From Patescibacteria group bacterium (lineage in GTDB: Bacteria > Patescibacteriota > Patescibacteriia > UBA1558 > GWA2-36-10), in assembly GCA_041665545.1 (NCBI GenBank), contig JBAYIQ010000002.1, positions 2,369-66,368 on the forward strand: a DNA stretch of 64,000 nucleotides. The letters are read 5' to 3'. Under the pieces are notes generated by a model. The model made no database searches. It was not told where the DNA came from and saw only the letters and a program-made list of their open reading frames with translations. Position 1 is the first letter of the stretch. Each line of letters starts with the position of its first letter. A program made the position numbers and the translations under genes. This document shows, piece after piece, positions 19,954-28,900 of the stretch.

Positions 19954-22860
19954 TTAATAACTAGAAAATCTGGGTATAACTCTACTCATGTCCGTCAAGC
20001 CCAATGGCGGATTGGATTGCAGACGTCCATCATTAATAAACCTCTCAGCTGGATCACCGTCAGTATTCACAGAAACTCTACCCAAGACAAACTGTCGAGC
20101 TAAAACACTACCTTTAACTTTTAAAAATTTATCATCATCAATAGGAGTCGAAGCTGTTGTGGATTTAAATCGCCCACAACCAGAAGCGGGACAAGCCGTT
20201 GATCCATTACCCAAAACAATAAATGTGCCTGCAATCTCTGTAACATCTGAATCTACGGAAACATCACCTTTAACTATCCAAACCAAGGAAGGAATTTTTT
20301 TTAAATTATCTATAACACAAGACTCATATCTAATGTCATTTTCTATTTTCATACTACCCTCAACAACGATAATACCAGCCCCGCTTGAACTACTAGCATC
20401 ACCACACTTCACTACCAAATCAGTACCATCACCAAATTTTACTCCATACCCCAAGTTAAATGGGACGCCAGTCACATGAAATACCTGATTATTAAAAGGA
20501 TTATTAAATATGTCATTATTAGCATAATTATTAGAACCAACTGTTTTTTCTTCTATGGCTCCACCGTATTTATTATAATCAACTAAGCCAACAGTTTTAG
20601 CTACGGTAATCAGACCAGTGTAGTCTAGTTTACCCAAAGCATTTGTGTATTTGGTACTACCCAAATTACTCAAAAAATTAATCAGTGGCCTACTCTCCAA
20701 CTCACCTTGATACTTTTCAGTCTTTGACACCTCGCTGACAAAGTTTGTAATAGTGCCACCAGATTCTATCAAATAAGAAGCATTGTATTTATTGATTGGT
20801 GGCTGATAGCGAGTTACTATCCTATTTTTAGAATAAATATTCCCCTTGTCCACTGAAAAATAGGGCTTGGTACTAGTAGAAATACGTGGCGAAAAATTGA
20901 CCCAGCCAAAACCTCTGTTGCCAGACGCACTGGACCAGGCATTGTAGCCCCAGCCACACAAAGTGCTGGCGCTAGATAGACCGTGTTGATTATCATAAAT
21001 CACCCCTCCATCACGATAAAGAGTGGATTTGATGCCAGAACCATCGTCTATCTCACATTTACTACAACGATTGTTATTAAGACCAGAAGCATTGAGAGTG
21101 CAGGAATTAGCTAAATTTTCGATTGTACAGTCTGTGCAGTTAAAACCAGATAAAACCTTTTTTAAATCTCCGGCTTGATGAGCAATACACTTGTCACCAG
21201 TTATGAAACCGTTACACTGAGCATCTGTTGTACAGGTAGTATCTGGCTGTAGTTGGCAAGTCGAACTATTAGCTGAATAATAAAAATATTCCTGACAATT
21301 TTCACAAGTGGACAGAAGATCATCAACCACACAAATATCAGTATTATCAATGCATCCATTCTGGGTAAAGTCGCTACAAGAATTAACACTTTGATCACAA
21401 ATACAACTACCACCAGAAGTTGCGCATTTATATGTTTTTTCTCTATAACAATTAAAGCAACCCCTCAAAGGATTGTTGGTACTAGTGGCTAAGTTGGGAT
21501 TATCATCGTCGTGAGTAATTTGAGTAGATAGAATTGTTGCATTGTCTATATAAAATTTTATAGGAAAACCCAGACGATTGGCTTGACTATATCCATTAGT
21601 GGTAGTGACTGACTCCATTTTGACGATACTGGCGTAACCTTCGTTATCTGAGCCATAGGGATTTAGGGCATTTATGTATTCGGTTGGTGAGTTTGTATAA
21701 TTGTACGGCTCATAGCCCTCCTTACAAATATTTACATCACAACTATTAGGAACATCTAACCAACTCAAGGGAGCGTTGAGCCCGCAATAAAAAAGATCCC
21801 GATCGCCACAGTCAAAATCATAAGCGCAATTTTTTGCTGGAAACGTTGGGTCGTCTGAGCTTATGTCATAGCAAACGCCAGTACCTAAAGCCGAAGAATC
21901 CAAACTAGCCTGCGGGAAAACACACTCCGCGCCACTTGAACAATTTTTATCAAGATAGCACGAAGTCATGGCCGGATCAACAGCCGTAATATCATCAAAA
22001 GGTGGCTTATGACCACGAAAATCATTGAGCACGGCTGTTTGCTTTGGAGAATTATCAAAACAAACTCCTTTTAATAAAAAATATTGATCAGCATCATTTT
22101 CACAGGCAAATTCACAATCATCGTCATTATTGCAAGAACCACCTGATACCAAGCAAGTATTAGCGACGCACGGGTTACCACAATCATTATCATCATTGCA
22201 AGAACTATGTGATATCTGACACTCCTTAGTAATGGTATTACACGAGTTACCACTCGAACAATAATTAGAACTGGAACATGATCCTGAATTAAGACTACCA
22301 GATTCACAGGTTCCCGTAACCATAGTGCACTGACAATAGCTAACATCAACTGTGGCGTTACTCATCAAAACGCCATTTTTCGGAGCATTCGTGCCACCAG
22401 AGTCAGGATCAGAAAAACAAATCCAACCGGGAGTAGTGTAGTTGGACCCAGCAGGAAGATTACCATCCTCATCTGGCTCCAGAGCCGTACTACCGGCCCA
22501 AGCGCAACCTTTTATATAATCCAAATCAACACTCGGTGTGGCTGGATCATTATCGTGATCAACGTTGGGCATGATAGTCATTTTCAAACCCCAAGGACTG
22601 GGTGATGCGCAAGAGCCAGTCCCTAAAGCATAGTTACCATCCGGCTCGCCATCACCATCAAAATCATTGGCACAGCTCAAGGCAATCCAGCCCATAGCGT
22701 CATTCCAAGCCCAACCAACAATTGGCGTGTTATCTTGATAAACATTTTGTATCAGGGCCTTGGTATCCACGGATTTTTGTAACAAAAAAAAGCCAAAAAC
22801 AAAAATCAGCATACTTATCACAATACGACTATAAAAATGATAGTGAAAATCAACTTTCAT
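19954..22860 (-). CDS. large Cys-rich secreted/membrane-anchored protein (putative pilus-associated adhesin)
   Basis: 968 aa with an N-terminal TM anchor and more than 60 Cys in a CxxC / C-rich extracellular body; first large gene upstream of pilM in the same operon. Confidence 0.55.
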   Translation of the reverse strand: MKVDFHYHFYSRIVISMLIFVFGFFLLQKSVDTKALIQNVYQDNTPIVGWAWNDAMGWIALSCANDFDGDGEPDGNYALGTGSCASPSPWGLKMTIMPNVDHDNDPATPSVDLDYIKGCAWAGSTALEPDEDGNLPAGSNYTTPGWICFSDPDSGGTNAPKNGVLMSNATVDVSYCQCTMVTGTCESGSLNSGSCSSSNYCSSGNSCNTITKECQISHSSCNDDNDCGNPCVANTCLVSGGSCNNDDDCEFACENDADQYFLLKGVCFDNSPKQTAVLNDFRGHKPPFDDITAVDPAMTSCYLDKNCSSGAECVFPQASLDSSALGTGVCYDISSDDPTFPAKNCAYDFDCGDRDLFYCGLNAPLSWLDVPNSCDVNICKEGYEPYNYTNSPTEYINALNPYGSDNEGYASIVKMESVTTTNGYSQANRLGFPIKFYIDNATILSTQITHDDDNPNLATSTNNPLRGCFNCYREKTYKCATSGGSCICDQSVNSCSDFTQNGCIDNTDICVVDDLLSTCENCQEYFYYSANSSTCQLQPDTTCTTDAQCNGFITGDKCIAHQAGDLKKVLSGFNCTDCTIENLANSCTLNASGLNNNRCSKCEIDDGSGIKSTLYRDGGVIYDNQHGLSSASTLCGWGYNAWSSASGNRGFGWVNFSPRISTSTKPYFSVDKGNIYSKNRIVTRYQPPINKYNASYLIESGGTITNFVSEVSKTEKYQGELESRPLINFLSNLGSTKYTNALGKLDYTGLITVAKTVGLVDYNKYGGAIEEKTVGSNNYANNDIFNNPFNNQVFHVTGVPFNLGYGVKFGDGTDLVVKCGDASSSSGAGIIVVEGSMKIENDIRYESCVIDNLKKIPSLVWIVKGDVSVDSDVTEIAGTFIVLGNGSTACPASGCGRFKSTTASTPIDDDKFLKVKGSVLARQFVLGRVSVNTDGDPAERFINDGRLQSNPPLGLTDMSRVIPRFSSY

Positions 22861-22867
22861 TAATTAT

Positions 22868-24013
22868 TTAATTTAGCACAACCTTCTTCCAAATATAACC
22901 ACCAAGAGTATTAGTGCTACAAATATACAACTCTCCTGTGTCAGCTCTAAACCAAACTCGGCCTCGTTCAATATTACTATCACAATCAGTGACTAACGGA
23001 TTAGCGATATTACTAACTAACTTGAAAAAATTACTAGTCATTGTCAAATTGCCACCAATATTAACTGCGCCGGTAAATTGCCCAGCCAAACTGCCCGTGT
23101 CTTCAGCCACACCGTTAATCGCTATACCTCCACCGGCAGCTGTACCATAAACTCCATAGGTGCTAACAGCACTACCACGACCCCACAAACCATAAGTGCC
23201 ACCCTCTCCTTTCACCCCGTAGTATCCCCTGCCATAAACACCGGCTCCGCCAACAAAAATAGCGGTATTAGCTTCACCTCTTACTCCGGCTCCATTATTT
23301 GGAAAACCAGAAAAATCGTTGTAACCAGAAATAGCCGGCACAATTCCTGATGTTGTTGAAGCGTAAATTCCTGTTTTAGTATTGCCCCTGACTAATAATT
23401 GATAAGCAGTATCTAGGGTTGTGTTTATGGCTACTTCTCCGGTATCTGCAAAAGTGACTCGGTTTTCATTGCCTTTCCAAAAACGCAAATCATTGGAAGC
23501 GCTATCATGATATATGCCCCAATGACTATCATCGCCTCCTGCCCCACCAGTTTGAATGTCTATTTCTGCATTTTGTGCGGTCGCTAAAACATGCAACCTG
23601 TGGCTCGGAGAATTCGTGCCAATACCGACATTACCACTTGCACTGGGGGTGGTGGTAGTGTAATAAAGTGCCCGGCTAGCAGAATAGTTAATTGCCCAGT
23701 CACTAGCCAAGCTAGCCCCACCGCCACTGACGCCATTGATTGTGCCACTGACCAACAAATTACCATTAACACTGACGTCGTCATTCAAAGTAATAGGACC
23801 ATCAGCGTCAACAATTGTACGAGTGCCTAAATCAAGATCTTGGGCTAAGGGCGTAAAAACAAAATTCTGAAGCAAGCTTGTATTGCTTGGTAAATAATTC
23901 GGCTCAACCCAAGCAGCTTGAACCTGTCTAAGAACTACCAAAACGCTCAAAAAAGAAACAATAACAATCAAGGTAGAAAGTGGCCAATTGGCCATCTGTT
24001 TTTTCTTTAGCAT
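22868..24013 (-). CDS. secreted Gly-rich protein with phage tail-fibre-like repeat motif
   Basis: 381 aa with a signal anchor; GNVGIGTNSPSHRLHV matches the tail-fibre repeat motif (G.vGIGT..P...LhV). It also has a GYG-rich segment and a C-terminal ELYICS...GGYIWKK region. Confidence 0.5.
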   Translation of the reverse strand: MLKKKQMANWPLSTLIVIVSFLSVLVVLRQVQAAWVEPNYLPSNTSLLQNFVFTPLAQDLDLGTRTIVDADGPITLNDDVSVNGNLLVSGTINGVSGGGASLASDWAINYSASRALYYTTTTPSASGNVGIGTNSPSHRLHVLATAQNAEIDIQTGGAGGDDSHWGIYHDSASNDLRFWKGNENRVTFADTGEVAINTTLDTAYQLLVRGNTKTGIYASTTSGIVPAISGYNDFSGFPNNGAGVRGEANTAIFVGGAGVYGRGYYGVKGEGGTYGLWGRGSAVSTYGVYGTAAGGGIAINGVAEDTGSLAGQFTGAVNIGGNLTMTSNFFKLVSNIANPLVTDCDSNIERGRVWFRADTGELYICSTNTLGGYIWKKVVLN

Positions 24014-24171
24014 ATTATTATATTTTTTATTTTTTAACTCTTATATTATAACATATTTGGAAAGCCAATACTAGATTTGTGGATAAATAATAAAATAAAA
24101 CTCTATTTGCCAAAAGAGTCATTATTTTATACAATAAAGAGTGGTATTATAAATATTAAAAATAAACACTT
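24014..24171. promoter_or_regulatory. AT-rich divergent promoter region (pilus operon leftward, lemA rightward)
   Basis: 158-bp AT-rich spacer between divergent genes. Plus-strand candidates are TTGCCA at 24107-24112, a 17-nt spacer and TACAAT at 24130-24135; an alternative is TGgTATTAT at 24144-24152. Confidence 0.4.
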
Positions 24172-24729
24172 ATGCCAACTATCGCTATTATTATCTTGGT
24201 CGTTGTCGTGGCCTTGATACTTTGGGCCATCGGCATCTACAACGGTTTGATCACTCTCAAAAACCGAGTCAAAGAAGCTTGGTCAGACATTGATGTCCAG
24301 CTCAAAAGACGCTATGACTTGATCCCCAACTTGGTTGAGACAGTCAAGGGCTACATGAAGCATGAAGCTGGAGTTTTTGTCAAAGTGACCGAAGCCCGAT
24401 CGACAGCTATGCAAGCCAAGGGCACAGCCGAAAAAGCCAAGGCCGAAAATGCCTTGTCTGAATCACTAAAAAGCTTGTTTGCCGTGGCCGAGGGCTATCC
24501 AGATCTCAAGGCCTCACAAAACTTTTTGCAACTACAAGACGAGATCTCTGACACCGAAAACAAAATTCAGGCCTCTCGCCGCTTCTACAATGGACAGGTG
24601 CGCGACTTCAACACCAAAATCCAGGTCTTCCCTAATAATTTTTTTGCCAACCTGATGCACTTTGTGGCTTTTGAATTTTTTGGAATAGAAAACAAAGAAG
24701 AAAAAGAAAACGTCAAAGTTCAGTTTTAA
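24172..24729 (+). CDS. lemA: LemA family protein
   Basis: 185 aa; N-terminal TM plus the LemA signature region ([38 protein letters not shown]). Confidence 0.85.
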   Translation: MPTIAIIILVVVVALILWAIGIYNGLITLKNRVKEAWSDIDVQLKRRYDLIPNLVETVKGYMKHEAGVFVKVTEARSTAMQAKGTAEKAKAENALSESLKSLFAVAEGYPDLKASQNFLQLQDEISDTENKIQASRRFYNGQVRDFNTKIQVFPNNFFANLMHFVAFEFFGIENKEEKENVKVQF

Positions 24730-24732
24730 TTT

Positions 24733-24870
24733 AAAAAAACCGCCTACCAATTGTCATTCTGGAGCGAAATCCGCAGGACGAAGCGATAGAATCTACAGTT
24801 TGATTAAAACCCGTAGATTCTATCGGTCGCTCCGCTCCCTCCAGAATGACGACGAAACAGGCGGTTTTTT
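24733..24870. repeat. ~135-nt triple-nested palindromic repeat, copy 2 (A7CCGCCT...AGGCGGT6 outermost stem; GTCATTCTGGAG/CTCCAGAATGAC; GCGATAGAATCTAC/GTAGATTCTATCG)
   Basis: All three stem levels were read directly. It is flanked by an A-run and a T-run and so looks like a bidirectional intrinsic terminator, directly downstream of lemA. Confidence 0.7.
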
Positions 24871-24886
24871 ATTTTTAACAACTCTG

Positions 24887-25026
24887 TTTTTGTTCGAGTA
24901 AGGTTACGCGAAGCGAAACCGCATCGAGAACTATAGTGCAGTCGAAAATTATATTTCATGGACTTCTCGACTCCCTACGGTCGCTCGAAGAAAAAAAGTT
25001 ATTATGGATCGCTCAAAGAAATAAGC
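24887..25026. repeat. solo copy of the GIY-YIG-associated nested hairpin repeat (no nuclease gene)
   Basis: Near-identical to 9689-9794 (TTTTGTTCGAGTAAGGTTACGCGAAGCGAAACCGCATCGAGAACT...TTCTCGACTCC...GCTCGAAGAAA), followed by a short terminal motif resembling the 5'-flank repeat. Confidence 0.65.
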
Positions 25027-25089
25027 CCCCCGCAAATTGACACCAAACATCAATAATGTTATATTATCGTAACTATAATCTAAAAAACT

Positions 25090-25968
25090 ATGTATAAGCA
25101 AATTGCTAGTAACAAACGAAAAAGCTACTTATTAATGCTTTTATTTTTCGTGGTTTTGGTAGGCATTGTTTGGGTCTATTCCCAATATTTTGGTACAGAT
25201 TCGGGCTATAGTATGGTTATTTTTGCTGTAATATTGGCCACAGGCATGAACCTAGTCAGCTTTTATGCTGGAGACTCTATTGCCTTGAGTATAGCTGGTG
25301 CTAAGCCAATCAACAAAGAAAAAAATCCTTATGTCTATAGAATGGTAGAAAACCTCAGTATCACAGCTGGACTGCCGATGCCCAAAATATATATTATTTC
25401 TGACCCAGCCATGAATGCTTTTGCTACTGGACGCGACCCCAAGCACGCCTCCATTGCTCTGACCTCTGGCATTATCGAGGGCTTGGAAAATGAAGAGCTA
25501 GAAGGCGTCATTGCTCATGAACTTTCACATGTCAAAAATTATGACATCCGCCTGATGATGATAGTAATAGTCTGTGTTGGCGTCATTGCTCTGCTAGCCG
25601 ACTGGATGACTCGCAGTTTGTTTTGGCGTAACAGGGACAACAATGAACGCGGAAATAACGGAATATTTCTAATTATTGGTTTGGTTTTGGCTATATTATC
25701 TCCAATTTTTGCTAAACTCATCCAGCTAGCTATTTCCCGCAAGCGTGAATTTCTAGCTGATGCTTCGGGTGCGCTTTTGACTCGCTACCCAGAGGGATTG
25801 GCACGCGCTTTGGAGAAAATATCTAGCCAAAAAAAAGCCCTACGCCACGCCAACAAAGCCACCGCCCATCTCTACATTGCCAATCCTTTTGGTAGTGAGA
25901 AAATGGCTAATTTGTTTTCCACACATCCACCGGTGGCAGCACGACTAGCGGCCTTAAGATCTATGTAA
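25090..25968 (+). CDS. htpX: zinc metalloprotease HtpX (M48 family)
   Basis: 292 aa with HELSHV (HExxH) and membrane topology typical of HtpX. Confidence 0.85.
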   Translation: MYKQIASNKRKSYLLMLLFFVVLVGIVWVYSQYFGTDSGYSMVIFAVILATGMNLVSFYAGDSIALSIAGAKPINKEKNPYVYRMVENLSITAGLPMPKIYIISDPAMNAFATGRDPKHASIALTSGIIEGLENEELEGVIAHELSHVKNYDIRLMMIVIVCVGVIALLADWMTRSLFWRNRDNNERGNNGIFLIIGLVLAILSPIFAKLIQLAISRKREFLADASGALLTRYPEGLARALEKISSQKKALRHANKATAHLYIANPFGSEKMANLFSTHPPVAARLAALRSM

Positions 25969-25972
25969 AAAA

Positions 25973-28450
25973 ATGAGTACTCAACCACAAAATATCTTAA
26001 ATAAATTTACTTACCACTTTAAGCGTGTTTTGATTAACGCCCAGAATTTGGCTTTGGCCAAAAAAAATACTGAAATAGAGCCGGAAGATTTGCTAGTTTC
26101 GCTATTTACTACCAAAGGCGCCTTGGGCTCTGATATTTTGATAAAACATAATGTCAAAATTGATTTAGGCAACCCCAATAATAGTATTGATTTTGAAATT
26201 GTAGCTACTGTGGATCCAAGTCATTTACCACAACCCTCTACCCTAGCCCAACGGGTTATTGAACGAGCGGTTATTGCGGCTTACAAATTTCAGCACAAAT
26301 ATGTGGGCACTGAACACTTGCTCTACGGCTTCATGGACACGGCTGATGAAAATATTGCTGTTATTTTACAAAAGGCCAATATCAATTCCCACAATTTGAA
26401 ACAGCACTTGAATATGGTGCTAAAAAGCAACAACAAATTCAATGATTTAAGCGCCGAAGAAAATACTGTCAAAGACTTGGACGCTCTCTTTGATGAAAAC
26501 GCACCCGAGCCAAATCCCCTGGACATCTACACTATCAATCTGACTAGCGCCGAGGTGCAAAAAGACATTGACCCAGTCATCGGTCGCCAAAAAGAATTGG
26601 ATAGATTGATTGAGATCCTATCACGGCGCACAAAAAATAATCCCGTGCTTTTGGGTGATGCTGGCGTGGGCAAAACCGCCATCATTGAAGGTTTGGCCAA
26701 AAGAATTTTGGAAGGCCAAGTGCCTGATGTTTTGCTAAACAAAACTATCTTGAATTTGGATCTATCTGCCCTGATTGCCGGCACTATGTACAGAGGCGAG
26801 TTTGAAAATCGCCTCAAGCAAGTCATTAATGAAATAAAAAACAACCCCAATATAATTATTTTTATTGACGAATTGCACACCATCATGGGCGCAGGAGCGA
26901 CTGCTGGCTCACTGGACGCGGCCAATATCTTGAAGCCGGCTCTGGCCAGGGGCTACTTGCGCTGTATTGGTGCCACTACTTTTGAGGAATACAAAAAACA
27001 CATTGAAACTGACCGCGCTTTGGAAAGACGCTTTCAGTCTGTAGTCATCAATGAATCCAGTGAAAAAGAAACCTTGGAAATTCTCAAGGGTTTGAAAAAA
27101 AATTACGAAAAATTCCACCAAGTCAACATCAAAGACGAGGCCTTGGAGGCGGCTGTACTTTTGAGCAAACGATTTTTGCCAGACAAAAAACTACCAGACA
27201 AGGCCATTGATTTGATTGACGAAGCTTCGGCTCGACTCAAGGTCAGGCAAACCAAACGCAGTCTAGCTAAAGAAATCAGAAAACTAGAAGAACAAGCGCA
27301 AAATTGCCAAAACAATAAACGCCAAGCTATTTTGTCTGAAGATTATTTGGACGCTCTCAAATACCGCGATGAAGAAGAAGTGATATTAACCCAATTGGTC
27401 GGCCTACAAGCCCAAGAAGACAAACAAAAACAATCTAGTCTTGGCGAAATCACAAGCATTGATATTGCCGAAATAATTTCGGAAATGAGCCAAGTACCTG
27501 TAGGCGATCTAACAGCCACTGATCAGCAAAACCTCATCCAATTGGAAGAAAAAATTGGTCGCTATGTTTTTGGTCAAGAAAATGCTCTACAAACCATTGC
27601 TCAAACCATCCGCCAAGCCAAAGCGGGCTTAACTGACAAAAACAAGCCATTGGCTTCATTTATGTTTTTGGGACCATCCGGAGTCGGTAAAACCGAAACT
27701 GCTAAGCAATTAGCCAATTTTGTTTTTGGTGGCAAACATAATTTATTGCGCATTGACATGTCAGAGTTTTCTGAAAGCTTCAATATTTCCAAATTGATTG
27801 GCTCTCCGGCTGGCTATGTGGGCTATCGCGAAGGCAATAAATTGACTGACACCATAAAAAATAAACCCTACACTTTAATATTGTTTGATGAAATTGAAAA
27901 AGCTCACGCTGATATTTTTAATCTGTTATTACCGATCTTAGAGGAGGGCGAATTGACTGATGCTACTGGTCGGACCATAAATTTCCGCAATTGTGTTATT
28001 ATCATGACCTCCAACATTGGCCTGCCAGAATTCAATCACGAAGCAATCATGGGCTTTGATCTTGGTAATGAAAACAACAGCCAGTTCAAACATGTGTCCA
28101 ACAAAGTATTGAGCAGTTTGAGCAAACATTTTCCCCCGGAGTTTATCAACCGCTTAAATGGGGCCGTAGTTTTTGACCCCATCAGCAAAGAAGCGGCCAA
28201 CAAAATAATCAAACAAGAAATCAAACAATTGTCCCAAACCTTGTCTGACCAGGATATACGGCTGACTATACCAGTTAGCGTCACTAATAAATTGCTGACT
28301 ATGGCGCCAGAGTACATTCAGACTGGCGCTCGTGGCTTGAAAAAAATAGTTGATCAGGAATTAGCCAATCCTATAGCTAAAATATTGCTAAGTAAAAAAA
28401 CCAAAAATATCCGCGCCAGCTTGATAAAAGAAAAAATAGTTTTGAAATAA
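25973..28450 (+). CDS. Clp-family AAA+ chaperone, ClpC/ClpB-like (two ATPase domains)
   Basis: 825 aa with an N-terminal Clp repeat region, two Walker A sites (GDAGVGKTAI, GPSGVGKTETA) and a short middle region, so more ClpC-like than ClpB-like. Confidence 0.85.
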   Translation: MSTQPQNILNKFTYHFKRVLINAQNLALAKKNTEIEPEDLLVSLFTTKGALGSDILIKHNVKIDLGNPNNSIDFEIVATVDPSHLPQPSTLAQRVIERAVIAAYKFQHKYVGTEHLLYGFMDTADENIAVILQKANINSHNLKQHLNMVLKSNNKFNDLSAEENTVKDLDALFDENAPEPNPLDIYTINLTSAEVQKDIDPVIGRQKELDRLIEILSRRTKNNPVLLGDAGVGKTAIIEGLAKRILEGQVPDVLLNKTILNLDLSALIAGTMYRGEFENRLKQVINEIKNNPNIIIFIDELHTIMGAGATAGSLDAANILKPALARGYLRCIGATTFEEYKKHIETDRALERRFQSVVINESSEKETLEILKGLKKNYEKFHQVNIKDEALEAAVLLSKRFLPDKKLPDKAIDLIDEASARLKVRQTKRSLAKEIRKLEEQAQNCQNNKRQAILSEDYLDALKYRDEEEVILTQLVGLQAQEDKQKQSSLGEITSIDIAEIISEMSQVPVGDLTATDQQNLIQLEEKIGRYVFGQENALQTIAQTIRQAKAGLTDKNKPLASFMFLGPSGVGKTETAKQLANFVFGGKHNLLRIDMSEFSESFNISKLIGSPAGYVGYREGNKLTDTIKNKPYTLILFDEIEKAHADIFNLLLPILEEGELTDATGRTINFRNCVIIMTSNIGLPEFNHEAIMGFDLGNENNSQFKHVSNKVLSSLSKHFPPEFINRLNGAVVFDPISKEAANKIIKQEIKQLSQTLSDQDIRLTIPVSVTNKLLTMAPEYIQTGARGLKKIVDQELANPIAKILLSKKTKNIRASLIKEKIVLK

Positions 28451-28452
28451 TT

Positions 28453-28536
28453 TTTCTTCGAGCGATCCCGAGCAAAGCCGAGGGAGAGTCGAGAAGTTCT
28501 CGACTGCGCTCGAACAAATATTATATAAGAAAAGCG
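28453..28536. repeat. GIY-YIG-associated nested hairpin repeat (upstream of pseudogene copy)
   Basis: TTTCTTCGAGCGA...GAGTCGAGAAGTTCTCGACTG CGCTCGAACAAA...TAAGAAAAGCG-ATG, with outer and inner palindromes. Confidence 0.65.
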
Positions 28537-28815
28537 ATGATTCCCGTTAGAAATTCCCAATGGTTTGTTTATATTATCCTGTGCAAGGATGATCTTTATT
28601 ATGTTGGCCTAACCAATGACATTAGTAAGAGATTTGATCAACACTTGAGTGGCCTGGGATCAAAATTTACCGCTAAACACGGGGTGAAAGAGTTAGTTTA
28701 TGTGGAGTAATATGATGATTTTGATTGTGCGAGATATAGAGAAAAAGAAATAAAAGATTGGAGCAGGATCAAAAAAGAAAAACTCATTAATGGGCAGTGG
28801 GGTAAAATTATGTAA
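28537..28815 (+). pseudogene. GIY-YIG nuclease family gene interrupted by an in-frame TAA (codon 58; GAA in the intact paralog)
   Basis: Translation MIPVRNSQWFVYIILCKDDLYYVGLTNDISKRFDQHLSGLGSKFTAKHGVKELVYVE*YDDFDCARYREKEIKDWSRIKKEKLINGQWGKIM is ~90% identical to the 9795-10070 product apart from the stop. Confidence 0.7.
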
Positions 28816-28900
28816 TTTCTTCGAGCGACCATGGGGAGTCGAGAAGTTAATGAAATACTAGTTCTCGACTGCGCTCGAACAAATATTATTTAAGAAAACA
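28816..28900. repeat. GIY-YIG-associated nested hairpin repeat (second copy, immediately upstream of the comF-like gene)
   Basis: Same architecture as 28453-28536. Both copies end in ...TAAGAAAA[GCG/CA]ATGATTCC, so the repeat plus ~20 nt of the gene 5' end are duplicated. Confidence 0.65.

Noticed and set aside
19954-20479. ORF 19988-20479(+) at the 3' end of the 968-aa gene as a real gene
   Set aside because: It overlaps the C-terminus of the large minus-strand CDS, and its Ser/Thr/Pro-rich translation mirrors the codon composition of the opposite strand.
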